In this document: in pieces, positions 9,330 through 18,977 of the stretch
Numbering within the stretch: the first letter of the stretch is position 1
Layout: each line of letters starts with the position of its first letter
Origin: Spirochaetia bacterium
Lineage (GTDB): Bacteria; Spirochaetota; Spirochaetia; SZUA-6; Bin103
Length of the DNA stretch: 64,000 bases
Direction: 5' to 3'
Assembly: GCA_965203905.1 (NCBI GenBank)
Contig: CBDBDQ010000005.1
Span: forward strand, 4,384,001 to 4,448,000
Position numbers and translations under genes: made by a program
Notes under the pieces: generated by a model
The model's input: the letters and a program-made list of their open reading frames with translations, nothing else
Databases searched by the model: none
What the model was told of the DNA's origin: nothing

Positions 9330-11306
9330 CTACGGCTGTCTGATGAACAACTTGTCGGCGGAGGTGAGCAGGTCTCCCGGCCAGGTGGCCTCCGGCTTGT
9401 AGAAGGTCGGGTAGTTGGCGACCCGGTTCTTGTAGATGCCGAGGGTCGGCGTGACCCCCACCGAGCCGATCAGATAGAGCTGCTCGGCGTGGATGTCGAA
9501 CACCTTCCGGAACGCCTCGATGTACTCGGGGGATCCGTAGGCGCTGCTGCCCCAGGCGATGACCGCGTCGTCCAGCTCCTTCACGATGTCCGGCGGCTCT
9601 TCCCCCGGAATCTTGCCGTCGGCGAAGTCGTCCAGGGTCTTGGCTCCGCTCTCCAGGTCGCGCGTGGCCCGGATCCAGAGGCCCCAGTTCACGGCGTAGA
9701 AGCGGGAGTCGTACTCCGTGGCCTTGGCGGCGTCCGTGTACTCCCTGAACTCGGCCGAGCTGATGGTTCCGGTGAGGATGTTGTCGGTACCGGCGTTGTG
9801 GCGCTGCCAGAGATCGCCGCGCAGCCTGATCTCGGTCTTCAGGCCGACCGCCTCGAAGTGCTCCTTGTACAACTCCAGGACCGGTACGTCGGCCTCGTTG
9901 TTGTGCTCCAGGATCTGCAGGAACGCCTCGCCATCCGGCCTGGTACGGAACCCGTCCTCGTCGCGGGCGGTCAGGCCGAGCTCGTCCAGCAGCGCGGACG
10001 CCGCATCGGGATCGTGCTGCGCGTAGGCCTGCTCCCACTCCTGCTTGAACCAGGGATTGGTGGAGACGATGGTGGCCGAGCGCGGCACGCCGACACCAAA
10101 GAACACCAGATCGTTGATCTCGTCGCGGTTCATGGCCAGCGACAGCGCGCGCCGGAAGCGTACGTCGCGGTACATCTCCCTGGTGAACGGATCCTCGTGG
10201 AACTGGTTGGGAATCAGCACGCTCGCTCCCACCACGGGAGCCGGTATCTGCACTACCCGGTAGTCGCCGGCGGCCTCGTTCTCCTTGTACAGGGTGAAGT
10301 TGTCGAAGCGGGTGCCGAGCACCGCGAAGTCCGCCTCGCCGGCGATGATCTTGAGGTGGTAGGTCTCGCCGTCGACGATCTGCGCCTGGATGTGGTCCAC
10401 GTAAGGCAACTGGTTGCCGGCCGCATCCACCTTCCAGTAGTACGGGTTGCGCTCGTAGCGCTTGCCGGTGTTGGTGCGCTCGGTGAGGATCCAGGGATGG
10501 TGGGTGGGCTGCTCCAGGTCCTGCTGCGGGGCCCAGAAGAAGTGGTGGTTGAAGGCCTCGTCCCAGGTCTTGAAGCCCTCTTCCTTGGCCAGCGCATCAG
10601 CCTCCGGGTTGTGGTTGATGTGCCACTTCTTCAGGTAGTGGAAGGGGTGGAACACCTGCCAGCCGCCGCCGGGCGGGCTGGCATGCTTGGCCAGCAGCGC
10701 GTGGTACGGCTCATCGGTCTCGAAGCGTACGGTGTAGTCGTCGATCTTGATCGCGCGCTTGATCTGCGGGATCCAGTTCCAGGTGGTGACCTTGTCGTTC
10801 CAGTGCGCATCCTCGTACATGAACACGTAGTCGTCGGCCGTCATCGGGTGTCCGTCAGACCACTTCGTCCCCTCGCGCAGGTAGAATGTGACGCTCATCG
10901 CGTCGTCGGCCATTTCGGCGCGGCGCACCAGCAGCGGCTCCAGCGCGTTGGTGTCGGGATTGGCGCGTATCACGTAGCCGCCGATCTCCGTCTCGTACCC
11001 GAGATCGGCCCACGGATTGATGCTGGTGTGGAACACCGTGAGGGTGCCCCCGTATGAGCCGATCTGGTCGTCCGCGGCAAAGTAGACCAGCGCGGGCTCC
11101 AGCGGCAGGCGCTCGTCGACCGGCGGCAGCTCGCCCGCGGCCACCATCGCGGCCAGCATCGGCGCTTCGTTGTAGCGGCCCAGCGCCATATCGTCCGAGG
11201 TCTCGGGTGCGGCGCCTTGTTCGCCCTCGCCACCGGCGGCCACCCCTGCCAAAGCCGGCAGCAATAGCAGCGCACCGATGCACAGGTACATAACGGTCTT
11301 GTTCAT
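9330..11306 (-). CDS. ABC substrate-binding protein, family 5 (tandem paralog)
   Basis: Same motifs as the neighbouring SBP, with long identical peptide stretches. Confidence 0.92.
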   Translation of the reverse strand: MNKTVMYLCIGALLLLPALAGVAAGGEGEQGAAPETSDDMALGRYNEAPMLAAMVAAGELPPVDERLPLEPALVYFAADDQIGSYGGTLTVFHTSINPWADLGYETEIGGYVIRANPDTNALEPLLVRRAEMADDAMSVTFYLREGTKWSDGHPMTADDYVFMYEDAHWNDKVTTWNWIPQIKRAIKIDDYTVRFETDEPYHALLAKHASPPGGGWQVFHPFHYLKKWHINHNPEADALAKEEGFKTWDEAFNHHFFWAPQQDLEQPTHHPWILTERTNTGKRYERNPYYWKVDAAGNQLPYVDHIQAQIVDGETYHLKIIAGEADFAVLGTRFDNFTLYKENEAAGDYRVVQIPAPVVGASVLIPNQFHEDPFTREMYRDVRFRRALSLAMNRDEINDLVFFGVGVPRSATIVSTNPWFKQEWEQAYAQHDPDAASALLDELGLTARDEDGFRTRPDGEAFLQILEHNNEADVPVLELYKEHFEAVGLKTEIRLRGDLWQRHNAGTDNILTGTISSAEFREYTDAAKATEYDSRFYAVNWGLWIRATRDLESGAKTLDDFADGKIPGEEPPDIVKELDDAVIAWGSSAYGSPEYIEAFRKVFDIHAEQLYLIGSVGVTPTLGIYKNRVANYPTFYKPEATWPGDLLTSADKLFIRQP

Positions 11307-11494
11307 AACGGGACTCCCCCCTTGGATGAATCGAGGATCGCCGGTACTCGCAGGCAGTCCGCGACACCAGCGGTTGCCGCAGGAACTGTACCACCCGTCG
11401 GGAAGGGCCGCAACTAACTTGGGATTGTGCGGTCCTCGGCGACCGGGGCAACCGACCGGTTGCCGTGCCGATCCCGGTCCGCTACACTGCGGAC

Positions 11495-11920
11495 ATGTGG
11501 CCGGCGTTCGGGTTCTTCACCCTGCTGCCCATCCTGTTCATCTTCCTGGTGCTGCACATGGTGCGCGTCGCACTGCGCGAAACCCGCACCCAGCGTCGGC
11601 CCGAAGCGCCGTGGGGCCGCGACCATGGGGAACAGAGGGCAGTGCACGAACGGAGGGCAGGGCACGAAGCGCCACGCCGCAGCCGCCTGGAGAACCGGGT
11701 ATTCCGTCTCGCCTACCGGCTCGGCGGACGCCTCACGGTGTCCGACCTGGTGGTCGACCTGGACTTCAGCATTGAGGAGGCGGAGAGCTTTCTCAACCGG
11801 CTCGTCGACAGCACCCGCGTCACCATGGAGGTGCGCGACGACGGCCTGGTCTATTACGAGTTCCCCGAGATCATCGCCCGCCGGAACCGCGACGACGACG
11901 ACCTGCCCTCCCGCATGTAG
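11495..11920 (+). CDS. Hypothetical single-TM membrane protein with C-terminal winged-helix-like domain
   Basis: Hydrophobic N-terminus (FGFFTLLPILFIFLVL); RVFRLAYRLGGRLTVSDL...EEAESFL...LVYYEFPE; host-like codon usage. Confidence 0.7.
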   Translation: MWPAFGFFTLLPILFIFLVLHMVRVALRETRTQRRPEAPWGRDHGEQRAVHERRAGHEAPRRSRLENRVFRLAYRLGGRLTVSDLVVDLDFSIEEAESFLNRLVDSTRVTMEVRDDGLVYYEFPEIIARRNRDDDDLPSRM

Positions 11921-11988
11921 TCCCCGCGGTCGGCGCCCCTGCCGGAGCAGCCCGGCCGGAGTAGCACCGGCGCGACCGTTCAATACGC

Positions 11989-12135
11989 TCACTGGGGTTC
12001 GGTTTCGATTGGTTCGGATTCGTCGCGATCGTCGATGCGGTCGTCCTGCACGCTGAATGAGTCACCTAACAGGAGCGGGATGATGATCATTACCGCCGCG
12101 ACGCCTACACCCACAAGCCAGAGGAACTCGTTCAT
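11989..12135 (-). CDS. Small (48 aa) single-TM protein
   Basis: Manual translation MNEFLWLVGVGVAAVMIIIPLLLGDSFSVQDDRIDDRDESEPIETEPQ*; below the ORF-track cutoff. Confidence 0.5.
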   Translation of the reverse strand: MNEFLWLVGVGVAAVMIIIPLLLGDSFSVQDDRIDDRDESEPIETEPQ

Positions 12136-12304
12136 TACAAGACCCGCGACTGGGGTTCAGCCAGCGCTGCAATCACTACGCGGGACGGAAACAGTGAATG
12201 AGGGGTCGGGGGTTGGACAGTAACGATCCCGGTGAAGAGATGCATACATCCCCCGACGCCTCGCAATCAGGCTACAATCAACCTGCGGAGTCCTGGCACG
12301 ACAA

Positions 12305-12538
12305 TTCGCGAAACAAGCCCATTTGTTCGCGGTTTCGTAAAATGGCGGCTCGTTCGCTCGGGTTGTCCGCGATTTCGCGAGTTGGAGTTCCTGAAATCTG
12401 CAAGATCGCCGGTTGCACGGCTGGTACGAACTCACGCCGCCGTTGCGGTTCGCGCTGCTTCCCTTGGGTGAAGGCGACGGCATACGCGAATTCGCGATCC
12501 AATGCCCTGACGGTGCCGAATCCGTTCGCGAATTCGCG
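12305..12538. promoter_or_regulatory. Cluster of TTCGCGAA-like palindromic motifs, putative LytTR operator array
   Basis: TTCGC(G) starts at 12305, 12326, 12353, 12374, 12449, 12491, 12525; perfect CGCGAATTCGCG at 12485 and 12527. Confidence 0.5.
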
Positions 12539-12712
12539 TGAACTGCATGTAAGAATCCGATCGAGATGTGTCCAGAGCAGTCCATTTGTCGTCTGTGGAC
12601 TGCGTCAGGAGTTGATGTGGGCCGGGTGAATGAGGCACTATTGTTTGCGATGTCTGGACATAGGCAACGTGAGGCAGGTCAGGTTGGTGACGTCGATCCG
12701 CGCAGTGGGATC

Positions 12713-13816
12713 ATGGAGCTGGCGTACCTGGAGTTGCTCAGACCATCGATGATACTGATCATGCTCGTGATGGCCGCCACTGCCGTGGGGGTATTCGCGG
12801 TGCTCGGCCCAATGGGTACTTTCGAGGCGCTTACCCCGCTGCAGCGCTTGTTGTTCGGGACAGTGTATGCCGTAATCGGCTGGCCACTCGGCTATTCCAC
12901 GTTCGTCGTGGCATGTTATTTCATGCGCTTTCGGTCGCCGCTCGAGATGGTTTTCGGGCTGACGCTGGTATCGCTGTTCACAGCCATCCCCTGCGCCGCC
13001 GTGGTCCACACGGTCGAGACGTTGGTGCACCCGGACTACACTGCGGCCGCCGGCTTGGGCCGGGTGTACGTGATGGTGGCGACGGCGGGCGTCGCGAACG
13101 GGTTTCTGGTGGTGTACCTGGTGTACCAGCGCATCAAGCATGCCAGTGCGCTTGCTGCCGCCTCGGCAGAGATTGAGCAGGTAGCTGAGGCTGTCACTCG
13201 CGAGGCCCCGGACGAGGTTCCGGACGAGGCCCAAGAAGAGGCCCCGGACGAGGTTCCGGACGAGCCAGTGCCCACAGTGGCTGCCGCCGAGACCGATATT
13301 GCCAGCGCTACGGCGCGCGCCAGGCGCAGTGCCCCAGACGACACCGGCACGGGAGTCGGCGACCCCGATTCGGACGAATCACCCGGTCGTTCCAACGGTG
13401 CCATGTCCTTCACGCCAGAGACGCCGCGCGTTGAGCGTGCCGAAAGGGTGCCGCGACGAGTCGCCTATCGTCGCAGTGATGGTACGCCCCGCGGGCGTTT
13501 CCTGGGACAACTTCCCGTGGAACTGGGCGACGACGTAATCTACCTCAAGAGCGAAGACCACTACGTCCACGTATGCACTACGGCAGGTTCCAGCCTGATC
13601 AAGATGCGGTTTGCGGACGCCATCGCGGCGCTTGGCGACGCCGGGATTCGGGCACACCGCAGTTACTGGGTCGCTCTCGATCACATGCAGGAATTGACCA
13701 AGCGCGATCGCAAGTTGTTACTGCGTCTCAGCGGTGACCACGAGGCACCGGTGAGTGCTCGATACCTCCCCGCCGTGCGCACGGCTCTCAAGCTGCCGGC
13801 GCCGCCTGTTGACTGA
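12713..13816 (+). CDS. Membrane-anchored LytTR-family DNA-binding protein (start uncertain; ORF open from 12566)
   Basis: About four N-terminal TM helices; C-terminal LytTR domain (YLKSEDHYVHV, MRFADA, RAHRSYWVA, PVSARY). Confidence 0.85.
   Translation: MELAYLELLRPSMILIMLVMAATAVGVFAVLGPMGTFEALTPLQRLLFGTVYAVIGWPLGYSTFVVACYFMRFRSPLEMVFGLTLVSLFTAIPCAAVVHTVETLVHPDYTAAAGLGRVYVMVATAGVANGFLVVYLVYQRIKHASALAAASAEIEQVAEAVTREAPDEVPDEAQEEAPDEVPDEPVPTVAAAETDIASATARARRSAPDDTGTGVGDPDSDESPGRSNGAMSFTPETPRVERAERVPRRVAYRRSDGTPRGRFLGQLPVELGDDVIYLKSEDHYVHVCTTAGSSLIKMRFADAIAALGDAGIRAHRSYWVALDHMQELTKRDRKLLLRLSGDHEAPVSARYLPAVRTALKLPAPPVD
13201..13264 (+). repeat. In-frame duplication in the LytTR linker (EAPDEVPDE x2)
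   Basis: GAGGCCCCGGACGAGGTTCCGGACGAG occurs twice, 36 bp apart. Confidence 0.85.
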
Positions 13817-13904
13817 TACTGAACAACGGCCAAGGGCATGACCGTCGACGACGACGTTGCCGTGGAGCGCGTGTGGCTCCGTACGCTGGTAGCGACACCA
13901 CCAG

Positions 13905-13961
13905 TTCGCGAACTCGCGCTATTCTACGAATTCACGAACTAACGGACGTTTCGCGAATTCG
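13905..13961. promoter_or_regulatory. Second TTCGCGAA motif cluster, upstream of the 14033 ORF
   Basis: TTCGCGAACTCGCG (13905), ACGAATTCACGAA (about 13926), TTCGCGAATTCG (13950). Confidence 0.45.
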
Positions 13962-14032
13962 ACCGATTCAGGCCACCCGATTGCAGTACCATACGTCCAA
14001 CACCGCAACGACGTGATTCTTGTTGCCGGAGG

Positions 14033-14311
14033 ATGGAGCTGGTGCAGGTGGACACAGGGCAAGTCCGACATCGGAACGAACCGGAAGATTCTGTCGCAGC
14101 ACTCGTTGCTGACTTGGCGGCCGGGGTAGCATTCCTGCGTGCCTGCATTCTTCAGAGCAGCGACTCCAGGCAAGCGTACACCACGTTGCTTCATGTCCTC
14201 GGAGTCTTCGAGGAGACGATTCTCGCTGACTCGGATTCATGCAAAGAAATGACTCGGATTCTCGCCTCTTTGGGAATCTGCCTTCCTGGCGAGGGCGAGA
14301 CCTGTGCGTAG
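14033..14311 (+). CDS. Hypothetical 92-aa helical protein
   Basis: Protein-like composition; lies directly after the motif cluster; GGAGG immediately before ATG, so the true start may be slightly downstream. Confidence 0.5.
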   Translation: MELVQVDTGQVRHRNEPEDSVAALVADLAAGVAFLRACILQSSDSRQAYTTLLHVLGVFEETILADSDSCKEMTRILASLGICLPGEGETCA

Positions 14312-14389
14312 CCGCGCAACGCGAGGACGACATGCACCAGGTCTCCACGTCGAGAGATACCGAGCTTGGTGTGGGTGGATCGCGGCGGG

Positions 14390-15202
14390 CTATTCGGCTC
14401 TTGACCACGATCTGCCCTCTGGGGTGTAGTCCTCGCCGGTCGCCGCAGCTGCCCGGCCGGATGCGCCGGTCCAGCGCAGGCCGCCGTCGGCCTGTGCCAC
14501 CAGAGTCAGGTCCACACCGTGGCGCCGCGCCAGGATACGGCGCGTGTTGGCCTCGTCGACCCGGGCGAAGTGGGCCGCGGCATCTGCCGCCGCGCGTCCG
14601 CCGCGACGGTGGCGCGCGACGACCCGCGGCCGCACGGTAGCGAGCGCACACTCCAGGAACAGGCAGAGGTGGGCGTGGGCACGCAACTCGCGCCAGCCGC
14701 GGTCGTCCAGCGCCAGGAAGGTGCCTTCCACCAGCATCACACCGGTGGCGGCCGGAACGATGGCCCCCTGCACCGGGTCGTGGATGCGCCTGTCGTAGCG
14801 CGGCCAGCGTAGCGGCCGGCCGCCCTTGAGGGCGGCGAGGCTGGCGCTCAGTCGATCCAGGTCGTAGGTGTCCGGGAGCCCCTTGCGGGTCGCCAGCCCG
14901 CGCCCGCGCAGTTCCGCGTTGCTGAGATGGAACCCGTCCATGGGCAGAGTCTGCAGCGGCAACGGCGGTCGCAGGCTGCCACCGATCTGCTCCAGGACCG
15001 CAGCCAGCGTGGACTTGCCGCTGCCGGGCGGGCCGGCCAGCAGCACCACGTAGCGTGTCCCACCGGCGTCGCACGCCTGCCGGTAGCCGCGTTCCAGCCG
15101 CCACGCCAACGGCAGGTGCACGCTTTCCATCTGGTTGCGCGACAGGTGCAGCTTCGCGTCGTGGCCCGCCACCTCCAGCAGGAAACAACAGCGCGGCGTC
15201 AC
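14390..15202 (-). CDS. P-loop nucleoside/sugar kinase, YggC/FrcK/PanK-like
   Basis: LAGPPGSGKST Walker A, LPMDGFH, RKGLPDTYD, PRYDRRIHDP, VEG; start uncertain. Confidence 0.85.
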   Translation of the reverse strand: MTPRCCFLLEVAGHDAKLHLSRNQMESVHLPLAWRLERGYRQACDAGGTRYVVLLAGPPGSGKSTLAAVLEQIGGSLRPPLPLQTLPMDGFHLSNAELRGRGLATRKGLPDTYDLDRLSASLAALKGGRPLRWPRYDRRIHDPVQGAIVPAATGVMLVEGTFLALDDRGWRELRAHAHLCLFLECALATVRPRVVARHRRGGRAAADAAAHFARVDEANTRRILARRHGVDLTLVAQADGGLRWTGASGRAAAATGEDYTPEGRSWSRAE

Positions 15203-15243
15203 GGCGCTGGACCGCCGGGCCGCGGTCGGTACAATACTCCCTC

Positions 15244-16227
15244 GTGGAAGCCAACTCGCACCCCGACGCAGCCCGGCAGATGGCTGCGGCGTGCTCCGAT
15301 CTGCTGGAGAGCATGGATGCCGAACAGCGCGCGCGTGCCACCTTTCCCTACCTCGACGGCGAGCGGCTGTTCTGGTACTACCCGCCGCTGAATCGCCACG
15401 GACTGCCGTTGCTGGCCATGAGCGACGAGCAGCAAGGGCTGGCAAAGCGCATCATGGAGGTCTCGCTGTCCGAGAAGGGCTTCGAGCAGGCGTGTGCGAT
15501 CATCGACCACGAGTTGATCCTCGGGGAGCAGGAACGCGCCGAGGGCAGCCTGCATTGGGCCCGCGACCCCGGCCGCTACTACTTTACCATCTTCGGCGAT
15601 CCCCACTCCGCCGACCCGTGGGGCTGGCGCGCGGAGGGCCATCACCTGTCGCTCCACTTCAGCGTGTGGGGGCGGCGGGTAATCTCGATGACGCCGTTCT
15701 TCTTCGGATCCAATCCGGCGGAGGTACTGCACGGCCCCAAGCGCGGCCTGCGCATTCTGGCGCGGCGCGAGGACCTGGCATTCGAGTTGATGGAGAGCCT
15801 CGACCGGGGGCAGCAGTCGAAGGCCATCATCTACGACAAGGCCCCCTACGACATCCTCACCTACAACAGCACGCGGGCGGTGCTGCCGCGCGAGGAGGGC
15901 CTGCCGGCGCGCCGGCTCGACTCGGCGCAGCGGGCGCTGCTCACCGCGTTGGTGGAGACCTACGTCAGCCAGGTGCGCAGCGACGTGGCACGCCACAAGC
16001 TGGAGCACCTGCGCCGCGAGGGGATCGATCATCTCTCCGTCGCCTGGGCCGGTCCGGTGGCGCGGCGCGAGGGCCACTACTACCGCATCCACGGGGGCAA
16101 CTTCCTGGTGGAGTTCGACAACTGCCAGAATCAGGCCAACCACGTGCACTCGGTATGGCGCGACCTGGAGAACGACTTCGCGCAAGACGTGCTGCGGGAC
16201 CATCTGCTGCTGTACCACACCCACTGA
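15244..16227 (+). CDS. DUF3500 family protein
   Basis: YYFTIFGDP, WGWRAEGHHLSLH, TPFFFGSNP, YYRIHG, NHVHSVWRD. Confidence 0.85.
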   Translation: MEANSHPDAARQMAAACSDLLESMDAEQRARATFPYLDGERLFWYYPPLNRHGLPLLAMSDEQQGLAKRIMEVSLSEKGFEQACAIIDHELILGEQERAEGSLHWARDPGRYYFTIFGDPHSADPWGWRAEGHHLSLHFSVWGRRVISMTPFFFGSNPAEVLHGPKRGLRILARREDLAFELMESLDRGQQSKAIIYDKAPYDILTYNSTRAVLPREEGLPARRLDSAQRALLTALVETYVSQVRSDVARHKLEHLRREGIDHLSVAWAGPVARREGHYYRIHGGNFLVEFDNCQNQANHVHSVWRDLENDFAQDVLRDHLLLYHTH

Positions 16228-16277
16228 GCGCGGCCGCACTTCGAGGCCCGGCGCCGTGCGGATCAAACTGCTGCGTG

Positions 16278-17747
16278 CTATTCTTCTGTCAGCTCCCCCT
16301 GCGCGAGTGCGGGACGCGTCGCGGCCCACGGCCGGGCGCTCTCGAAGGCGGCTGATGCCGCCAGCACGGTCATCTCGTCCTGCATGTCGGCCACGATCTG
16401 CAGGCCGACCGGCATGCCCTCGGAGTCGAAACCGCAGGGCACGGAAGCCGCCGGGTTGCCGGTCAGGTTGAACAGGTAGGTGAACGGAGTGAAGCCGAAG
16501 CGGGAGTGGGCCACCGGTTTGCCGCCGACGGTCCGGGGATAGTCGCCGATCGTAAACGCCGTGGTCGCGGTCGCGGGGGTCAGCAGCAGGTCGTGAGTGG
16601 CGAAGAAGCGCGCGGCGTGCGCCCGGTAGCGGCCGATCTTGTTGATGCAGGTGAGGTAGTCGGTCGCCTGCGCGCGGCGGCCCCGCTCCAGGTCCTGCGC
16701 GAAGTAGTCGGTGAGCAGCGCCGCCTTCTCCGGGTCATGAAGCTGGACGCTCCAGCGCCCGTACCCCCGGATGCAGAACAGGTCCAGAAACGCTTCCTCG
16801 ACCACGGCGTGCTCCTCCGGTGCGTACTGGACTTCCTCGACCTGGGCCCCGAGCTCCGCGAAGGTGCGCGCGGCGTTGGCCACCGCCTCCCGCACCTCCG
16901 GCTCGCAGGCGGCGCCACCCAGGTGGCTGGTGTCGAGACCGATGCGCAGCCCGGCCACCCCACGCGACAGTGCGGCCGTGAAGTCCGGCGGCTGATCCGG
17001 AATGGTGCCGTACTCCGCATCGTCGGCCGGCCCGGCGAGCAGGTTCAGGAAGATCGCGGCGTCCCTCACGTCCCAGGTCATCGGGCCGACCGACGAATTG
17101 TTGAAGATGCTGAAGGAGTGCTCGTCAGCATGCCTGCGCGGGACGCGGCCCTGGGTAGCCTTGATGCCGTAGATGCCCGACAGCGAGGCGGGGATGCGGA
17201 TCGAGCCGCCGCCGTCCGAACCCTGGGCGATGGCGGTGACGCCCGCGGCCACCGCCGCCGCAGCGCCGCCGCTGGAGCCGCCGGGAGTACGCGCCGGGTC
17301 CCAGGGGTTGCGCGCCGGCCCGAACACCCGGTTCTCGGTAGTGCCGTTGTGCCCATGCTCGGGGGTGTTGGTCTTGCCGACGATGATCCCCCCGCCGGCA
17401 CGCACGCGGTCGGTGCACAGCGCGTTGGTCGACGCGGTGGCGTCATCCACCAGCGATCCCTGGGAAAAGCGCACGCCGGCGACGGCCTCCAGATCCTTGA
17501 TCGGCACCGGCACCCCGTGCAGGGGACCCAGCTCGCGGCCCTGCATCACCGCCTCCTCGGCGGTCCGGGCCGCGCGCATGGCGTGGTCGGCCATCACGGT
17601 CACGAATGCGCCGAGCGACTCGTTGAGCCGTTCGATCCGGTCGAGGGTGAACTGCATCAACTCCACGGGCGAGAGCCGCTTGGAAGCTATCAGGTCGCGC
17701 AGCACGTGCGCAGGGGTGTAGGCAAGATCGGGACTGGACGCTGGCAT
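16278..17747 (-). CDS. Amidase signature family enzyme
   Basis: GPLHGVPVPIKD, GKTNTPE, PGGSSGG, GSDGGGSIRIPAS. Confidence 0.93.
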   Translation of the reverse strand: MPASSPDLAYTPAHVLRDLIASKRLSPVELMQFTLDRIERLNESLGAFVTVMADHAMRAARTAEEAVMQGRELGPLHGVPVPIKDLEAVAGVRFSQGSLVDDATASTNALCTDRVRAGGGIIVGKTNTPEHGHNGTTENRVFGPARNPWDPARTPGGSSGGAAAAVAAGVTAIAQGSDGGGSIRIPASLSGIYGIKATQGRVPRRHADEHSFSIFNNSSVGPMTWDVRDAAIFLNLLAGPADDAEYGTIPDQPPDFTAALSRGVAGLRIGLDTSHLGGAACEPEVREAVANAARTFAELGAQVEEVQYAPEEHAVVEEAFLDLFCIRGYGRWSVQLHDPEKAALLTDYFAQDLERGRRAQATDYLTCINKIGRYRAHAARFFATHDLLLTPATATTAFTIGDYPRTVGGKPVAHSRFGFTPFTYLFNLTGNPAASVPCGFDSEGMPVGLQIVADMQDEMTVLAASAAFESARPWAATRPALAQGELTEE

Positions 17748-17833
17748 GGCGAATCGACCTCCGAATCACGGGTAGAGTGGGTGGCTCCCGCCGGGGCTTG
17801 CCGGCATGCCGCCGACCGACGATATCATGCAGC

Positions 17834-18919
17834 ATGGTGGAGATGGAGCCTCTTTCCGCGCTGGTGGTCGGCGCCGGCAGCGGCGGCACCGGCAGCATTC
17901 GGGCGCTGGCCGCCTCACCCCGCTACCTCCTGCGCGGAGTAGCCGACATCGCGTCCGCCGCCCGGCAGCGGGTCGCGGCGGAACATCCCGGTGTGGCGCT
18001 GTTTGCCGACCACCGCGCGGCGCTGCAGACCCTGCGGCCCGACGTGGTGTGCGTGTCCACCTGGCCGCCGTCACACGTTCCGGTGGCGCGGGACGCCCTC
18101 GCCGCCGGATCGCTGCGCGGAATGCTGCTGGAGAAGCCGATCTCCCACACCTGGCAGGACGGGCGGCGGCTGGTGGATGAGTTGCGGGGCCGCGACCTGC
18201 CGTGCGTGGTTCCCCACGGGCTGGTGGTCAGCGCCCAGGGAAGGGCGGTGATCGACCAGGTGCGGGCCGGCGCAATCGGCACGCCGCGGCTGGTGTGGAT
18301 CGAGTGCCGCGGGTGGGACATCCTCAACGCCGGGATCCACTGGCTGCACTTCGCGCTGCAGGTGGTGCGCGGGCCGTTCGTGGAGGTGCAATGCGCCTGC
18401 GACCGCTCCACCCGCACCTGGCGCGACGGGATGCAGGTGGAGACCGTGGCCTCGCTCGTGGTCACCACCGCCGATGGCGCGCGCATCGCGCTGCACACCG
18501 GGGACGAGGTGCCGCTGTCGGCGCCGGCCGCCGGGACCCTGATCCGGCTCGTCGGCAGCGAGGGGCTGCTCGAGTTGCCCGGCTGGGAGCCCCGCTACCG
18601 CATCGTCGGCGCCGGTCGCGCCGCGGAGGGAGCGGGCGAGGTGCAGGTGCCGGCCGGCCCGCCGTCGCACGCCGTCTACCTGGACCGGCTCGCCGATCAG
18701 ATTGCCGCCGGCACTCCACAGTGGGAACAGGTGGAGCTTTCCCTGGCCGCGCTTGAACTGTGCGACGCGGCTTACACCTCGGCCCGCGAAGGGCGCGCCA
18801 TGCGCCTCGGCGCCGGCAACGGGCTACGCGCTCCGGCGGCGCCGGAGCCGGGCAACTGGGATCCGGGACGGCCCTACTCGGGCAGCGGCGGCGGCCGCGA
18901 CGGGCGCCGCCTCGGCTGA
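17834..18919 (+). CDS. Gfo/Idh/MocA family oxidoreductase
   Basis: VVGAGSGG Rossmann motif, PDVVCVSTWPPSH, EKP, GIHWL. Confidence 0.88.
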   Translation: MVEMEPLSALVVGAGSGGTGSIRALAASPRYLLRGVADIASAARQRVAAEHPGVALFADHRAALQTLRPDVVCVSTWPPSHVPVARDALAAGSLRGMLLEKPISHTWQDGRRLVDELRGRDLPCVVPHGLVVSAQGRAVIDQVRAGAIGTPRLVWIECRGWDILNAGIHWLHFALQVVRGPFVEVQCACDRSTRTWRDGMQVETVASLVVTTADGARIALHTGDEVPLSAPAAGTLIRLVGSEGLLELPGWEPRYRIVGAGRAAEGAGEVQVPAGPPSHAVYLDRLADQIAAGTPQWEQVELSLAALELCDAAYTSAREGRAMRLGAGNGLRAPAAPEPGNWDPGRPYSGSGGGRDGRRLG

Positions 18920-18977
18920 GCGGGGTGTTCGCCTGACGACTGATGCCAAATCGTCGGTTACGCCACAATGGTGGCGG

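Noticed and set aside
1464-11057. Very long plus-strand ORFs opposite the ABC genes (e.g. 1464-3917, 7364-9343, 9222-11057), and similar antisense ORFs elsewhere
   Set aside because: Shadow ORFs expected from high-GC codon bias; the opposite strand carries clear family motifs
12305-12538. Possible CRISPR array
   Set aside because: Repeats are 8-14 bp, degenerate and irregularly spaced; no cas genes
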